This document shows, one piece after another, positions 12,253 to 22,528 of a DNA stretch of 64,000 bases; the stretch's first letter is position 1; every line of letters starts with the position of its first letter. Both the position numbers and the translations under genes were made by a program. The stretch lies in NCBI GenBank assembly GCA_016870035.1, contig VGCJ01000003.1:3270-67269 (forward strand), given 5' to 3'. The DNA is from Alphaproteobacteria bacterium (GTDB taxonomy: Bacteria > Pseudomonadota > Alphaproteobacteria > Rhizobiales > Beijerinckiaceae). Below the pieces are notes generated by a model. It made no database searches. It worked only from the letters and a program-made list of their open reading frames with translations, and was not told the DNA's origin.

Positions 12253-12959
12253 TATGGTCTCTCCACGCCCTCACGCGACATAAAAGATTCAGCGGCCGCG
12301 TGCTCCGCCAAACGTTTCGACGGACCCTCTGCCTCACAGGGCAAAAAACCTTGCACCTCAACCGCAATCACGAAAAGCGGTGCGTGATCGGGACCGGAAC
12401 GTTTAACTTCACGATAATGGGGCACCGGTAAGCTGCGACCCAAGGCCCATTCTTGCAAGCTTGATTTCGCATCTCGTCGACCGGCATCGCTTTCATGAAG
12501 CTTGTGACTAAAACTTTTCTCGACCACCCGCCGCGCTTCATCATAGCCGCCATCAAGATAAATCGCCGCGATGATCGCTTCACACAGATCCCCGAGCAAC
12601 ACGCCCTTCTTTCGCAAGCCCGATTGCATTTCACCGGGACCCAATTTGATGAAGGGACTCACACCCCACCCTTCCGCAACCTGAGCGCAGCTCTCTTTGC
12701 GAACAAGTGTCGCCAGCCGCCGCGATAAGACACCTTCGGCCTCATTCGGAAAATTTCGATAAAGCAATTCGGCAATCGCTAATCCCAAAACACGGTCGCC
12801 TAAAAATTCAAGCCGCTCATAATAAGCATGGGCCGTTACGGGCGCTTTAATCGCGCTGATATGGGTAAGCGCCTGTTCAAGCAATGAACGCGTCTTGAAA
12901 GAATATCCGATCCGCTCTTCTAACTCGACGAGGTCGGAACTTATGAGCTTTGCCGCCAC
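12252..12959 (-). CDS. rnc: Ribonuclease III
   Basis: RNase III signature ERLEFLGDRVLG. C-terminal dsRBD (KSSLQEWALGR...P.Y). Its stop overlaps the era start (ATGA). Confidence 0.95.
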   Translation of the reverse strand: MAAKLISSDLVELEERIGYSFKTRSLLEQALTHISAIKAPVTAHAYYERLEFLGDRVLGLAIAELLYRNFPNEAEGVLSRRLATLVRKESCAQVAEGWGVSPFIKLGPGEMQSGLRKKGVLLGDLCEAIIAAIYLDGGYDEARRVVEKSFSHKLHESDAGRRDAKSSLQEWALGRSLPVPHYREVKRSGPDHAPLFVIAVEVQGFLPCEAEGPSKRLAEHAAAESFMSREGVERP

Positions 12960-12963
12960 GCGA

Positions 12964-13740
12964 TCATCCGATCCGGTTGAAAAATCGAGACCATCTCACC
13001 GACCATGGCCATTCCCAAATTTTCCATGCCGCTGAGTCTTCCTCAACCGAGAAGAAAATCACCTCGGCGCGACCGACAAAATTTTCATAAGGAACATAGC
13101 CCACACCTTGCGAAGACATATCACGTGAGTCGAGTGAATTGTCGCGATTATCGCCCATCATGAAAAAATGTCCGGGAGGCACCACATAAGCGGATGTATT
13201 GCGTCCGAGCTTATTGCCGAATTTTTCGAGTTCCTGAATTGTATAACTCACCCCATTCGGAAGAGTCTCACGATAATAAATCGCTTCGTCTTTATAACCG
13301 GCTCCAGCATTCAATTCTTTTGTGCCAAGTTTCTGTTTCGGGACAGGCTGGCCATTGATGTAAAGAATGCCGTCGATCATCTGGATCCGATCACCAGGAA
13401 GACCCATCACGCGTTTGATGTAATCAATCGAAGGATCGCGCGGCAATTTGAATACGGCAATGTCACCGCGCTGTGGTTCACTTCCGAAAATACGGCCGGA
13501 AAAAAGTGGCGGACTGAAAGGCATAGAATGATTCGAAAAGCCGTATGAAAATTTCGAGACAAAAAGATAATCACCTACGAGCAATGTCGGAACAAGCGAG
13601 CTCGATGGAATATTGAAAGGCTGGAACAACAAAGTCCGGATAACAACCGCGATCAAGAGCGCCTGAATAATGACTTTGAAGGTTTCAAGAAGGCCCGACT
13701 CCTGAGCTTTTTCTTGTTTCGATGTTTTGAGATCGCTCAT
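12964..13740 (-). CDS. lepB: Signal peptidase I
   Basis: Catalytic Ser box IPSSSLVPTL, Lys box YIKRVMGLPGD, and GDNRDNSLDSR. Confidence 0.95.
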   Translation of the reverse strand: MSDLKTSKQEKAQESGLLETFKVIIQALLIAVVIRTLLFQPFNIPSSSLVPTLLVGDYLFVSKFSYGFSNHSMPFSPPLFSGRIFGSEPQRGDIAVFKLPRDPSIDYIKRVMGLPGDRIQMIDGILYINGQPVPKQKLGTKELNAGAGYKDEAIYYRETLPNGVSYTIQELEKFGNKLGRNTSAYVVPPGHFFMMGDNRDNSLDSRDMSSQGVGYVPYENFVGRAEVIFFSVEEDSAAWKIWEWPWSVRWSRFFNRIG

Positions 13741-13829
13741 CTCATTTCAACTTTCTGTCTGTCGTCCATGGCATCCCACAAAGGAAGCCCGCGCGACCCG
13801 TCTATAGTCCCCGGCACCCTGACTCGCAA

Positions 13830-14243
13830 TCAAGACGAAGTGGCGTGACGCGGCAAAGCTTCAATCACAACAACCGCCATGGCTAGGAGAGCCTCGTCCG
13901 TGAGCGTCAGGTGAATTTTGACATCATGGTCGTTCGGCACAAGCGCCATAAGTCGCTTCGCCGCTCCACCCGTTAAGGCCATCGTGGGCGCGCCTGAGGG
14001 TCCATTAACAACACCGATGTCTTTCAAAAACACACCACGACTAAAGCCGGTTCCCAAAGCTTTTACGCAAGCTTCTTTAGCAGCAAAGCGCTTCGCATAG
14101 GTAGCGGCCCGATGAGCGCGACTCTCCGCCTTGCGTTGCTCAATCGGCGTAAACACGCGCGCAACGAAACGATCCCCAAAACGTTCAAGCGTTTTTTCGA
14201 TGCGGCGAATATCACAGAGATCGGAACCAAGCCCGATGATCAT
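13830..14243 (-). CDS. acpS: Holo-[acyl-carrier-protein] synthase
   Basis: [16 protein letters not shown]... and [14 protein letters not shown], the typical AcpS motifs. Confidence 0.9.
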   Translation of the reverse strand: MIIGLGSDLCDIRRIEKTLERFGDRFVARVFTPIEQRKAESRAHRAATYAKRFAAKEACVKALGTGFSRGVFLKDIGVVNGPSGAPTMALTGGAAKRLMALVPNDHDVKIHLTLTDEALLAMAVVVIEALPRHATSS

Positions 14244-15007
14244 CAGCGTGGCCTTGCCCTTGTGCGGCCTTGGTTAATCGCGGCACGCATTTGCATGATT
14301 GCGTGATGAAGCCCTATAAAGATCGCTTCGCCAATAATAAAGTGACCGATATTAAATTCGCGAATTTCAGAAATCTCGGCAAGCTTTTTGGCGGTCGCAA
14401 AATCAAGCCCGTGACCCGCATGAACTTCGAGCCCTAACGCACCAGCAATCGCTGCGCCTTCATTGAGCCGCGCAAGCTCGTGAGCGGCACGCTGATGGTC
14501 CCCGTGAGCGAAAGCTTCGCAATATGTGCCCGTATGCAATTCAATCACTGAAGCGCCAAGCGCATGCGATGTTTCAATGGCTTTCCGATCAGGCTCGATA
14601 AAGAGCGAGACGCGAATACCCGCCTCATTCAATTCGGCAATAAAGAGTTTTAGATGATCACGCTGACCAACGACATCGAGCCCGCCTTCTGTCGTCCGCT
14701 CTAGGCGCTTTTCCGGCACAAGGCAGGCCGCATGAGGCTTTACGCGTAACGCAATCTTTTTCATTTCTTCAGTAGCGGCCATTTCAAAATTCAATGGCTT
14801 TGCGATCTCAAGTTTCAAGCGTGCCATATCTTCATCACGAATATGGCGGCGATCTTCACGCAGATGCGCCGTGATGCCATCAACGCCGCTTTCAACCGCA
14901 AGCATCGCTGCACGCACCGGGTCAGGATTATTCCCGCCGCGCGCGTTTCTGATCGTGGCGACGTGATCAATATTGAGGCCGAGGCGAATGGGATGAATAA
15001 CAGTCAT
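14243..15007 (-). CDS. pdxJ: Pyridoxine 5'-phosphate synthase
   Basis: [29 protein letters not shown], and NIGH.II motifs. Confidence 0.95.
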   Translation of the reverse strand: MTVIHPIRLGLNIDHVATIRNARGGNNPDPVRAAMLAVESGVDGITAHLREDRRHIRDEDMARLKLEIAKPLNFEMAATEEMKKIALRVKPHAACLVPEKRLERTTEGGLDVVGQRDHLKLFIAELNEAGIRVSLFIEPDRKAIETSHALGASVIELHTGTYCEAFAHGDHQRAAHELARLNEGAAIAGALGLEVHAGHGLDFATAKKLAEISEIREFNIGHFIIGEAIFIGLHHAIMQMRAAINQGRTRARPR

Positions 15008-15014
15008 AATCGTT

Positions 15015-15608
15015 TTATCCTTTCAATGCCCGACTGCCGGGCTTGATCGGGAGAATGGACGCCAATTCAGTCGGAAGTTGGTCAGCAGGGTAAGTGGGGA
15101 TATCTAGTGTTGCCAGAGCGACATAAGGAATGCCTAACTCTACCTTGCCCCCAGAACGATCAATCAAACAGGCTTCGCCAACCAAATTTTTCGTGAGGCT
15201 TGAGATCAATTCAATACATTCGCGTGATGATAGACCCGTAGTGATGATGTCTTCGACGATCAACACTTTTGCATCATCGGGAATCGTAAATCCGCGCCGC
15301 AACTGAAAACGACCTTCTTCGCGTTCGACGAAAATCGCCTTCGCATTGAGATGCCGCGCTGTTTCATAACCCGGCACAATGCCGCCTACCGCAGGCGAGA
15401 CGACAACATCGATTTTGCCAAAACGTGCTTCTGCCTTTTTCGCCAAGGCACGGCAGAGATGCTCCGTCCGTTTGGGATCTTGAAACACAAACATCTTTTG
15501 CAAAAAGACTGGACTTCTCAAACCGGAAGATAGGATAAAATGACCTTCAAGCAGAGCGCCCGCTGCCCTGAATTCGGCAAGTACCTCATCTTCGGTCATG
15601 GCGGTCAA
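15015..15608 (-). CDS. pyrE: Orotate phosphoribosyltransferase
   Basis: [12 protein letters not shown]... and the PRPP-binding loop [13 protein letters not shown]. Confidence 0.9.
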   Translation of the reverse strand: MTAMTEDEVLAEFRAAGALLEGHFILSSGLRSPVFLQKMFVFQDPKRTEHLCRALAKKAEARFGKIDVVVSPAVGGIVPGYETARHLNAKAIFVEREEGRFQLRRGFTIPDDAKVLIVEDIITTGLSSRECIELISSLTKNLVGEACLIDRSGGKVELGIPYVALATLDIPTYPADQLPTELASILPIKPGSRALKG

Positions 15609-15697
15609 CTCCCTCGGCGCGCGACGGACCGTTCTCTAGCATGAATTGAGGCGCTTTCGAGCCCCCGATGCGGCCTTATCCCCGCTCCGACATCATG

Positions 15698-17977
15698 TCA
15701 GCCATTCACCCGCTCAACCGCGCTGATCACGGATTTGGTCTTCAATTGGCTGATGATCGAATTCAAATGTTTGAGGTCCCAGACCTCGAGATTGATCACC
15801 ATATCGCGATAATCAGCGGTTTTTCCGGCGAGTGACATGGAGTCAATATTCCCATCATTCTCGCCGATCACACCCGCAACCTGCGCCAATGCCCCCGGTT
15901 CATTGATGACAGTGACATTCAACTGTGCGGGAAACCGCTGCGGGTGGCGCTCATCAATATCCCATCTCACGTCGAGCCAACGCTCTGGCTCATCGTCGAA
16001 TGCCGTCAAAGCGGGTGACTGGATCGGGTAAATCGTAATGCCAATACCGGGAGTCAAAATGCCGATGATCCGGTCGCCGGGAACCGCACCGCCATTGGGC
16101 GAGAATTGAACCGGCAAATCGCCGCCAATACCGCGAATGGGAATGGCGCGAGAGAGTTCCCCGCCGCCATCGCCCTCGCTAGACCCAGGCACTTTAAAGA
16201 CGAGCCCCTGCCCGCCCTTCATACCAAACCATCCGCCTTCAGCGAGATTGGCGCCAGCACCTGCGGATTGTTCTTCTCGATAATCGAGATAAACGGCTTT
16301 GACGACATCGCCTGAATACATTTCGCCCCGGCCGACGGCGGCGAGCACATCTTCAAGGGAGGCTCGTGCAAGACGTGGCAACACCGCTTTCAAGCGCTGA
16401 TCGGTATATTCTTTACCGATGCGTTCAAAAGCGCGTTCAATAATCTTTTGACCAAGCCCTGCATATTGTTTTCTGACTGCTGCACGCGTTGCACGACGAA
16501 TGGCGGCGCGTGCTTTGCCGGTGACAACAATTTCTTCCCACGCAGAAGGCGGTGTTTGACCTTCCGCGCGTACAATTTCTACTTCATCACCATTGCGCAA
16601 AGTTGAAACGAGAGGCACGAGCACACCATTCACTTTCGCACCCACCGCCGTATCGCCGATATTGGTATGAACCGCATAAGCAAAATCAATCGGCGTGGCA
16701 TTTTGCGGTAAGGTAATCAATTGTCCCTTTGGCGTGAAACAAAAAACCTGATCGTGAAACAATTCTAGTTTTGTATGTTCAAGAAATTCTTCGGCGCTGT
16801 CGCCCTCGGATAGGGTTTCAAGCGTTCGGCGCAACCACGCATAAACATTGCTTTCAACAGAATCGCGCGATGATAAGGGCAAAGCGCGGCCGTCCTTATA
16901 GATCGCGTGAGCGGCGATGCCATATTCCGCGATGCGGTCCATTTCTTCGGTGCGGATTTGTAGTTCCACACGCTGTTTACCTGGACCTACAACGGTTGTG
17001 TGGATCGAGCGATAATCATTTTGTTTTGAAGTCGAAATGTAATCTTTGAAACGTCCTGGCACGACCTGCCATGTCGTATGAACAATGCCTAAGGTTGCGT
17101 AGCAATCTTCGAGCCGATCAACAACAACACGGAACCCGAAAATATCGGAAAGTTGTTCAAATGAAACCGATTTGCGCTCCATCTTTTTCCAGATCGAATA
17201 AGCGCGTTTCATACGCCCTTTGACACTCGCATGAATACCAGAAGCCGATAACTTTTGTGTGAGCTCTTTTTCAATCCGCTCAATCACCGGTTCGCTTTTT
17301 TCACTCAGCTCTTCGAGTCTGTGAATGATCGCTTGATAGGCGTCGGGCGAAAAATGGCGGAAGGCAAGATCTTCTAATTCTTCACGCAGATCCTGCATCC
17401 CCATACGGCCTGCAAGCGGCGCGTAGATATCTAGAGTTTCTTCTGCAATGCGCGCACGTTTGGCCTCTGCCATGTGATGAAGCGTGCGCATATTGTGCAA
17501 ACGATCAGCAAGCTTGATCAGCAGGACGCGTACATCATCAGCGATGGCAAGAAGAAGCTTACGGAGATTTTCAGCCTGTGCGGCTTTCTTGGAAACAAGA
17601 TCGAGCTTTTGGATCTTTGTCAGTCCCTCGACCAGTCGGCCGATCTGCGACCCAAATAATTTATCGATTTCCTCGCGGGTCGTTTCCGTGTCTTCGATCG
17701 TATCATGTAGCAAGGCGGCAACGATGGTTGCGTCATCAAGCTTTAGATCGGTGAGAATGGCAGCCACCTCAAGCGGATGCGAAATATAGGGTGCGCCCGA
17801 GGCCCGCTTCTGATTGCCATGCGCGCGCATCGCATAGACATAGGCGCGATTGAGCAGCGCCTCATCCGTATGCGGATTATAGGCTTTGACCTTTTCGACC
17901 AGCTCATATTGGCGCATCATGGCGCGGTCAACGGCTCCGTGTGAAATAATTCGCTCAGCTTTCGCCAGCGACCTCAC
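15698..17977 (-). CDS. rsh: Bifunctional (p)ppGpp synthetase/hydrolase (RelA/SpoT homologue)
   Basis: HD hydrolase motifs (HPLEVAAIL, LLHDTIEDT), a synthetase domain (YRSIHTTV), then TGS and C-terminal ACT regions. 759 aa. Confidence 0.95.
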   Translation of the reverse strand: MRSLAKAERIISHGAVDRAMMRQYELVEKVKAYNPHTDEALLNRAYVYAMRAHGNQKRASGAPYISHPLEVAAILTDLKLDDATIVAALLHDTIEDTETTREEIDKLFGSQIGRLVEGLTKIQKLDLVSKKAAQAENLRKLLLAIADDVRVLLIKLADRLHNMRTLHHMAEAKRARIAEETLDIYAPLAGRMGMQDLREELEDLAFRHFSPDAYQAIIHRLEELSEKSEPVIERIEKELTQKLSASGIHASVKGRMKRAYSIWKKMERKSVSFEQLSDIFGFRVVVDRLEDCYATLGIVHTTWQVVPGRFKDYISTSKQNDYRSIHTTVVGPGKQRVELQIRTEEMDRIAEYGIAAHAIYKDGRALPLSSRDSVESNVYAWLRRTLETLSEGDSAEEFLEHTKLELFHDQVFCFTPKGQLITLPQNATPIDFAYAVHTNIGDTAVGAKVNGVLVPLVSTLRNGDEVEIVRAEGQTPPSAWEEIVVTGKARAAIRRATRAAVRKQYAGLGQKIIERAFERIGKEYTDQRLKAVLPRLARASLEDVLAAVGRGEMYSGDVVKAVYLDYREEQSAGAGANLAEGGWFGMKGGQGLVFKVPGSSEGDGGGELSRAIPIRGIGGDLPVQFSPNGGAVPGDRIIGILTPGIGITIYPIQSPALTAFDDEPERWLDVRWDIDERHPQRFPAQLNVTVINEPGALAQVAGVIGENDGNIDSMSLAGKTADYRDMVINLEVWDLKHLNSIISQLKTKSVISAVERVNG

Positions 17978-18095
17978 AAAACTAACACGATTTCAAGCCC
18001 GTTTCGCAAGAGAGCGAGAGCAACACCGTTAACATGATACGAAAAAGCTCGGCATCTCGCCGGGCTTTGTCAAAGTCGTTAATCAGTAATCGCGC

Positions 18096-18482
18096 TCAAT
18101 CGGCGTCGTCATCCGAGCCTGAGGGTGGCACAAGGCCATCAAGACCGCGCAAGAGGTCCTCTTCGGTCATGCGGTCAATTTCGACATTCGTATCGTCACT
18201 GGCAGCAGGCGCCGCACCAATCATTGGTACCGCTTCAGCTTCTGGCTCATCCACGTCGACATGTTTCTGGAGCGAGTGGATCAGATCTTCTTTGAGGTCT
18301 TCCGGTGAGATCGTAGAATCAGCAATCTCACGCAAGGCAACGACAGGATTTTTATCGCGGTCGCGATCAATCGTCAGCGGCGAGCCGGCTGAGATCATGC
18401 GGGCGCGGTGGCTCGCGAGCAAAACGAGCTCGAAGCGGTTATCAACTTTCTCGATGCAATCTTCAACGGTGACGCGAGCCAT
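18096..18482 (-). CDS. rpoZ: DNA-directed RNA polymerase subunit omega
   Basis: [28 protein letters not shown] is the canonical RpoZ N-terminus. It lies upstream of rsh, the conserved arrangement. Confidence 0.95.
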   Translation of the reverse strand: MARVTVEDCIEKVDNRFELVLLASHRARMISAGSPLTIDRDRDKNPVVALREIADSTISPEDLKEDLIHSLQKHVDVDEPEAEAVPMIGAAPAASDDTNVEIDRMTEEDLLRGLDGLVPPSGSDDDAD

Positions 18483-18811
18483 GGATGCTCAGTCTCCTTC
18501 GCTGGGCGGAAATGGAATAGGACCGGCCTGATACACGGACCAGAGACGCGACGCAAGTTTTTCGGCGTAAATTTCTCTAAAAACCCGGAATTTTACTTTT
18601 GATGGCCCGAAAAAGGACACAAAAGACGGATTTTCTGAGAATGTCTTGACGGAAGATCGTAAAAATCCCTAAAAAGGCAACTAATAAGGAAGTTTTGTCT
18701 TATTCAATTTATTGCAGGTTTCGTCGCACGGCTCTTTGGCTGGTCCTGGCTTATTTGATCAATTATTGCAGTGGCTCTGGCGACGCTGGGCCTAAGGAAA
18801 GAACAGACTCC

Positions 18812-19411
18812 ATGAATTCAGGTGAACGCATCGCCCTCTTCATCGATGGCGCCAATCTCCACGCGACCGCAAAATCGCTGGGCTTCGATGTTGATTATCG
18901 GCGCTTGCTGAAAGAATTTCAGTCTCGCGGCAATTTGCTCCGCGCTTATTATTACACCGCTCTTGTTGAAGATCAGGAATATTCATCAATCCGCCCGCTG
19001 ATCGATTGGCTTGATTACAATGGATTTCGTGTCGTCACGAAACCGGCAAAAGAATATGTCGACTCAACGGGTCGTCGCAAAATGAAAGGCAATATGGATA
19101 TTGAGCTCGCGATCGATGCGCTCGAACTCGCGCCCTTTATCAACCATGCTGTGATCTTCTCCGGTGATGGCGATTTCCGCTCTTTGGTAGAAGCATTGCA
19201 GCGCAAGGGTTTGAAAGTCTCCGTCGTCTCGACCATCAATTCGCAACCGCCCATGGTGGCAGATGAATTGCGTCGTCAGGCTGATGATTTTATCGATATT
19301 GTCAGCCTCTTGCCGAAGATCGGACGTGATATGCGTGAAGCGCCAGAACGCGCACCGCGCGAAAAGCGCCCTGCTCGTTCGCCCGAGACAACTGAAACCG
19401 TTGAAGTCTGA
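18812..19411 (+). CDS. NYN-domain (LabA-like) protein
   Basis: IALFIDGANLHATAKSLGFDVDY..L and VIFSGDGDFRSLVEALQ are typical of NYN/LabA. Start chosen at ATG 18812, downstream of AAGGAAAG; the track ORF extends to 18695 with an implausible Cys/Tyr-rich leader. Confidence 0.75.
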   Translation: MNSGERIALFIDGANLHATAKSLGFDVDYRRLLKEFQSRGNLLRAYYYTALVEDQEYSSIRPLIDWLDYNGFRVVTKPAKEYVDSTGRRKMKGNMDIELAIDALELAPFINHAVIFSGDGDFRSLVEALQRKGLKVSVVSTINSQPPMVADELRRQADDFIDIVSLLPKIGRDMREAPERAPREKRPARSPETTETVEV

Positions 19412-19434
19412 TCGGGCTTCGAGTTGAAAAGATT

Positions 19435-20184
19435 ATGACCTTAGTTCTCGACCCGCCGCGGAACTGCAAACTCTGTCCGCGGCTGGTCGATTATCGCCAC
19501 TCAGCCCGCATAGATTATCCCGACTGGCACAATGCGCCGGTCCCCTCATTCGGGCCTGAGACAGCATCGCTGCTGATTGTAGGCCTTGCACCAGGGTTAA
19601 AGGGCGCGAACCGCACGGGGCGGCCTTTCACCGGCGATTATGCTGGCGATCTTCTCTTTCGCACATTGATCAAATTTGGTTTTGCCAAAGGCAGTTACGA
19701 AGCACGGCCTGATGATGGTTTGACGCTGATTTCGGCCCGGATCACGAACGCGGTGCGCTGTGTGCCGCCAGAGAACAAACCGACACCGGCCGAAATCAAG
19801 ACCTGCCGCCCATATCTTGAAAAAACCATCGATGGCACGAAGGGGCTCAAGGCAATTATCGCCCTCGGCCGTATCGCCCATGATGCGGTGATCAAAAGCT
19901 TCGGCGAACCGCTTTCAGCCCACTCTTTCGCGCATGGGGCTGTCCATAACCTCGACGGTCCTGTCCTCTTCGACAGCTATCATTGCTCACGCTACAATAC
20001 GAATACGGGCGTTTTGACGGATGCGATGTTTGAAAAGGTTTTTGCCTCGGTCCGCGCGCATATTGATGGATGCTCGTCACGGCTTATATGCAGGAATGCC
20101 AAGACGCCTCGGCACTTAGGCAATCTCCTTTGCTGCCATGCCGATAGACAGAGGCGCGGCAAGCGCCTAAAAACGGAATTATGA
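19435..20184 (+). CDS. Uracil-DNA glycosylase superfamily protein (family-5/UdgB-like)
   Basis: CKLCPRL, GLAPGLKGANRTGRPFTGDYAG, ITNAVRCVPP.NKP and SYHCSRYNTNTG motifs. The last ~40 aa are Cys/Arg-rich, look unconserved, and overlap the ribA start. Confidence 0.75.
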   Translation: MTLVLDPPRNCKLCPRLVDYRHSARIDYPDWHNAPVPSFGPETASLLIVGLAPGLKGANRTGRPFTGDYAGDLLFRTLIKFGFAKGSYEARPDDGLTLISARITNAVRCVPPENKPTPAEIKTCRPYLEKTIDGTKGLKAIIALGRIAHDAVIKSFGEPLSAHSFAHGAVHNLDGPVLFDSYHCSRYNTNTGVLTDAMFEKVFASVRAHIDGCSSRLICRNAKTPRHLGNLLCCHADRQRRGKRLKTEL

Positions 20185-21290
20185 CAAGAACCCCTCAGAT
20201 AAAGATGCCGCAACACCGTTCACCCCGCCTGATTGAAAATTTCGACCGTCTTTCGGTTGAACGCGCGATTGCGGAATTGCGCGCGGGTCGTCCTGTTTTG
20301 CTCACCGATGGCGATCGTTCGGGTCTGGTGCTTTCCGCCGACAATCCCGATCCGCGCTTGCTCGCGGCCCTCTCCGCTCTTTCAGCGGGAAAAGCCCATC
20401 TCGTTTTGACTGAGAAGCGTTTTGCACGCCTCGGTGTTCAGCGCGAGACAGCGGGCGCCTTAGCCCTGCCGCGACTGGATTCAGGACGGATTCTTTCGCT
20501 CGCTACGAAAGTCGATGCGCGTATCGACGCACCAGTTGGCGCCACAACAATCATCGATCGTGCCGGTGTTGATCTTGCAGGGCTTGCGCTGCTCCTGCCC
20601 GCGATCATCGTGTTGCCCGCCGACCGCGAAACATTGGCAGGCGAAGCGATCCTGTCTGTGAAAGCCGAAGCGATTGAACATTATCGACGGCAAGCCACCA
20701 CCAAAGTCACTTTGGTGTCGCGCGCGCCTGTTCCGCTTGAAGGCGCTGAACAGAGCGAATTCATTGTCTTTCGCGGTGGTGAAGGATTGCGCGATCAAGT
20801 CGCAGTGAAAATCGGTTCTCCCGATCCGCAAAATGCCGTTCTTGTGAGACTTCATTCAGCCTGTTTGACAGGCGATCTCTTCGGCAGTCTCAGATGCGAT
20901 TGTGGTGATCAATTGCGAGAATCCGTTCGCATGATGGCAGCGCAAGGCGGTGGTTATCTTCTTTATCTTGATCAAGAAGGTCGTGGTGCAGGCCTCGCGA
21001 ATAAAATCCGCGCTTACAATTTGCAGGACGATGGGCTTGATACTTATGAAGCCGATGCCGAATTAGGTTTAGGTCTTGATCAACGCCATTTTGATTTTGC
21101 TGCCACAATGCTTGAACAATTAGGCGTAAACAAAATCACGCTTATGACCAATAATCCTGACAAAATTGATGCGGTGAAACGAGCCGGCATCGATGTTGTT
21201 GGCCATCGTCGACTCTTTGGTCGCGAACATCTGTCAAATCTGCGCTATTTCGCGACGAAACGCGAACGCGCCGGACATTTATCCGAATAG
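20181..21290 (+). CDS. ribA: GTP cyclohydrolase II with an N-terminal DHBP-synthase-like (probably inactive) domain
   Basis: VRLHSACLTGDLFGSLRCDCGDQL zinc motif, YLDQEGRGAGL, and LMTNNPDK. Confidence 0.9.
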   Translation: MTRTPQIKMPQHRSPRLIENFDRLSVERAIAELRAGRPVLLTDGDRSGLVLSADNPDPRLLAALSALSAGKAHLVLTEKRFARLGVQRETAGALALPRLDSGRILSLATKVDARIDAPVGATTIIDRAGVDLAGLALLLPAIIVLPADRETLAGEAILSVKAEAIEHYRRQATTKVTLVSRAPVPLEGAEQSEFIVFRGGEGLRDQVAVKIGSPDPQNAVLVRLHSACLTGDLFGSLRCDCGDQLRESVRMMAAQGGGYLLYLDQEGRGAGLANKIRAYNLQDDGLDTYEADAELGLGLDQRHFDFAATMLEQLGVNKITLMTNNPDKIDAVKRAGIDVVGHRRLFGREHLSNLRYFATKRERAGHLSE

Positions 21291-21310
21291 ATTAGACGCG
21301 CTGAAAAAGC

Positions 21311-21766
21311 TCAATCGTCGCGATGGACGCGTTCGTTGCGCTCGTGGCGTTCCTGCGCTTCGATCGATAACGTCGCAATAGGGCGAGCATCTAGACGCTT
21401 GATCGAAATCGGCTCACCCGTCTCTTCGCAATAGCCATAGGTGCCATCGTCAAGTCGCGCGAGTGCAGCGTCGATTTTCGCAATCAATTTGCGTTGACGG
21501 TCACGCGAACGAAGTTCAATGGAGCGATCCGTTTCAGACGAAGCACGATCCGCAATATCGGGATGATTCTCGCTGTCATTTTGCAGATTGGCGATGGTCT
21601 CGCGCGCTTCGCGCAAAATCTCATCTTTCCACGCCAATAATTTCTTCCGGAAATATTGGCGCTGTCTTTCATTCATAAACGGCTCGTCTTCCGACGGCCG
21701 ATAATCGTGGTCGAGCGTGACTGCGGTCGCCATTCTTTTACCCTGACGCTTTGGCATGCCATCCAA
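21311..21766 (-). CDS. dksA: RNA polymerase-binding transcription factor DksA
   Basis: Coiled-coil segment with DIADRASSETDRSIELRSRDR, then a C-terminal GTYGYCEETGEPI zinc-finger-like segment. The true start is probably an internal Met (MPK.. or MATAV..). Confidence 0.9.
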   Translation of the reverse strand: MDGMPKRQGKRMATAVTLDHDYRPSEDEPFMNERQRQYFRKKLLAWKDEILREARETIANLQNDSENHPDIADRASSETDRSIELRSRDRQRKLIAKIDAALARLDDGTYGYCEETGEPISIKRLDARPIATLSIEAQERHERNERVHRDD

Positions 21767-21878
21767 CCTTTCCGAGTTTAACCACCCGGACTTGGTGATA
21801 CGAACCCGTAACTGGCGTGTCTGTTAGCGAAAAATTGCGGGCAATGCTACGATAATTAGCAACTGGCCTGTGAACAGT

Positions 21879-22304
21879 TTAGCGGCCCGATTTAGCGAGC
21901 TCGACCGCCGCCCTGACATCAATCGCCCGCATAAGGCCCTTCGCGTCAGGATCAAGATCGGCAGGTGTTGCGAATGCCAAAGCCTGAGAGAGTCGCGAAA
22001 AACTGGCTTCCCCGCTCTGCCCCAGCACCAAGTCACGTTTGATGGCATCAAGCGCATCAAGAATACCGAGCCCGCGTTTGACCTGAAGTTTGCGCCGCTC
22101 AAGCGGGGTCTCGCGCTCTTCTTGAAGTGCTAAAACCGTACTGAGACCGATTGTCGCAAGAGGTTTCGAAACTGCCGATTGCGCAGACGGATCATTAAGA
22201 ACCCGGAATCGCTCCGAGCCTACTGCCCCGACCTGACACGACGAACCCTGTGTCGCATTCGCGGGCGATGATGAATTGATCCGCATGATCAAAGTCTCGC
22301 TCAA
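21879..22304 (-). CDS. fliX: Flagellar assembly regulator FliX
   Basis: About 140 aa, divergent from flgI as in Caulobacter and Rhizobiales. C-terminal segment RRKLQVKRGLGILDALDAIKRDLVLG...IDVRAAVELAK is FliX-like. Confidence 0.7.
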   Translation of the reverse strand: MSETLIMRINSSSPANATQGSSCQVGAVGSERFRVLNDPSAQSAVSKPLATIGLSTVLALQEERETPLERRKLQVKRGLGILDALDAIKRDLVLGQSGEASFSRLSQALAFATPADLDPDAKGLMRAIDVRAAVELAKSGR

Positions 22305-22463
22305 AAATACAAGAGAGAGATTAAGTAAACTTAGTAAATAAAATCGTAAATTTACGGCAAACCCTGCCTGAAGGGCCTGAAAAATATGCCCTTCGGCAAA
22401 GCTTAATTGGGCATTCGATAAAATTTGATGCGTCTTTTCAACGCTTTATGATCGCTTCTCTGA

Positions 22464-22479
22464 TGGCATGCGGCTCGCT
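22464..22479 (+). promoter_or_regulatory. Candidate sigma-54 (-24/-12) promoter upstream of flgI
   Basis: TGGCAT-N5-TCGCT compared with the consensus TGGCAC-N5-TTGCW. It lies about 50 nt upstream of the flgI start. Flagellar basal-body operons in Caulobacter are sigma-54 dependent. Confidence 0.35.
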
Positions 22480-22528
22480 TTGCGCATGAAGCATCAATTT
22501 GATGCGCTCGTAGTGCTGGAGAAAGCCC

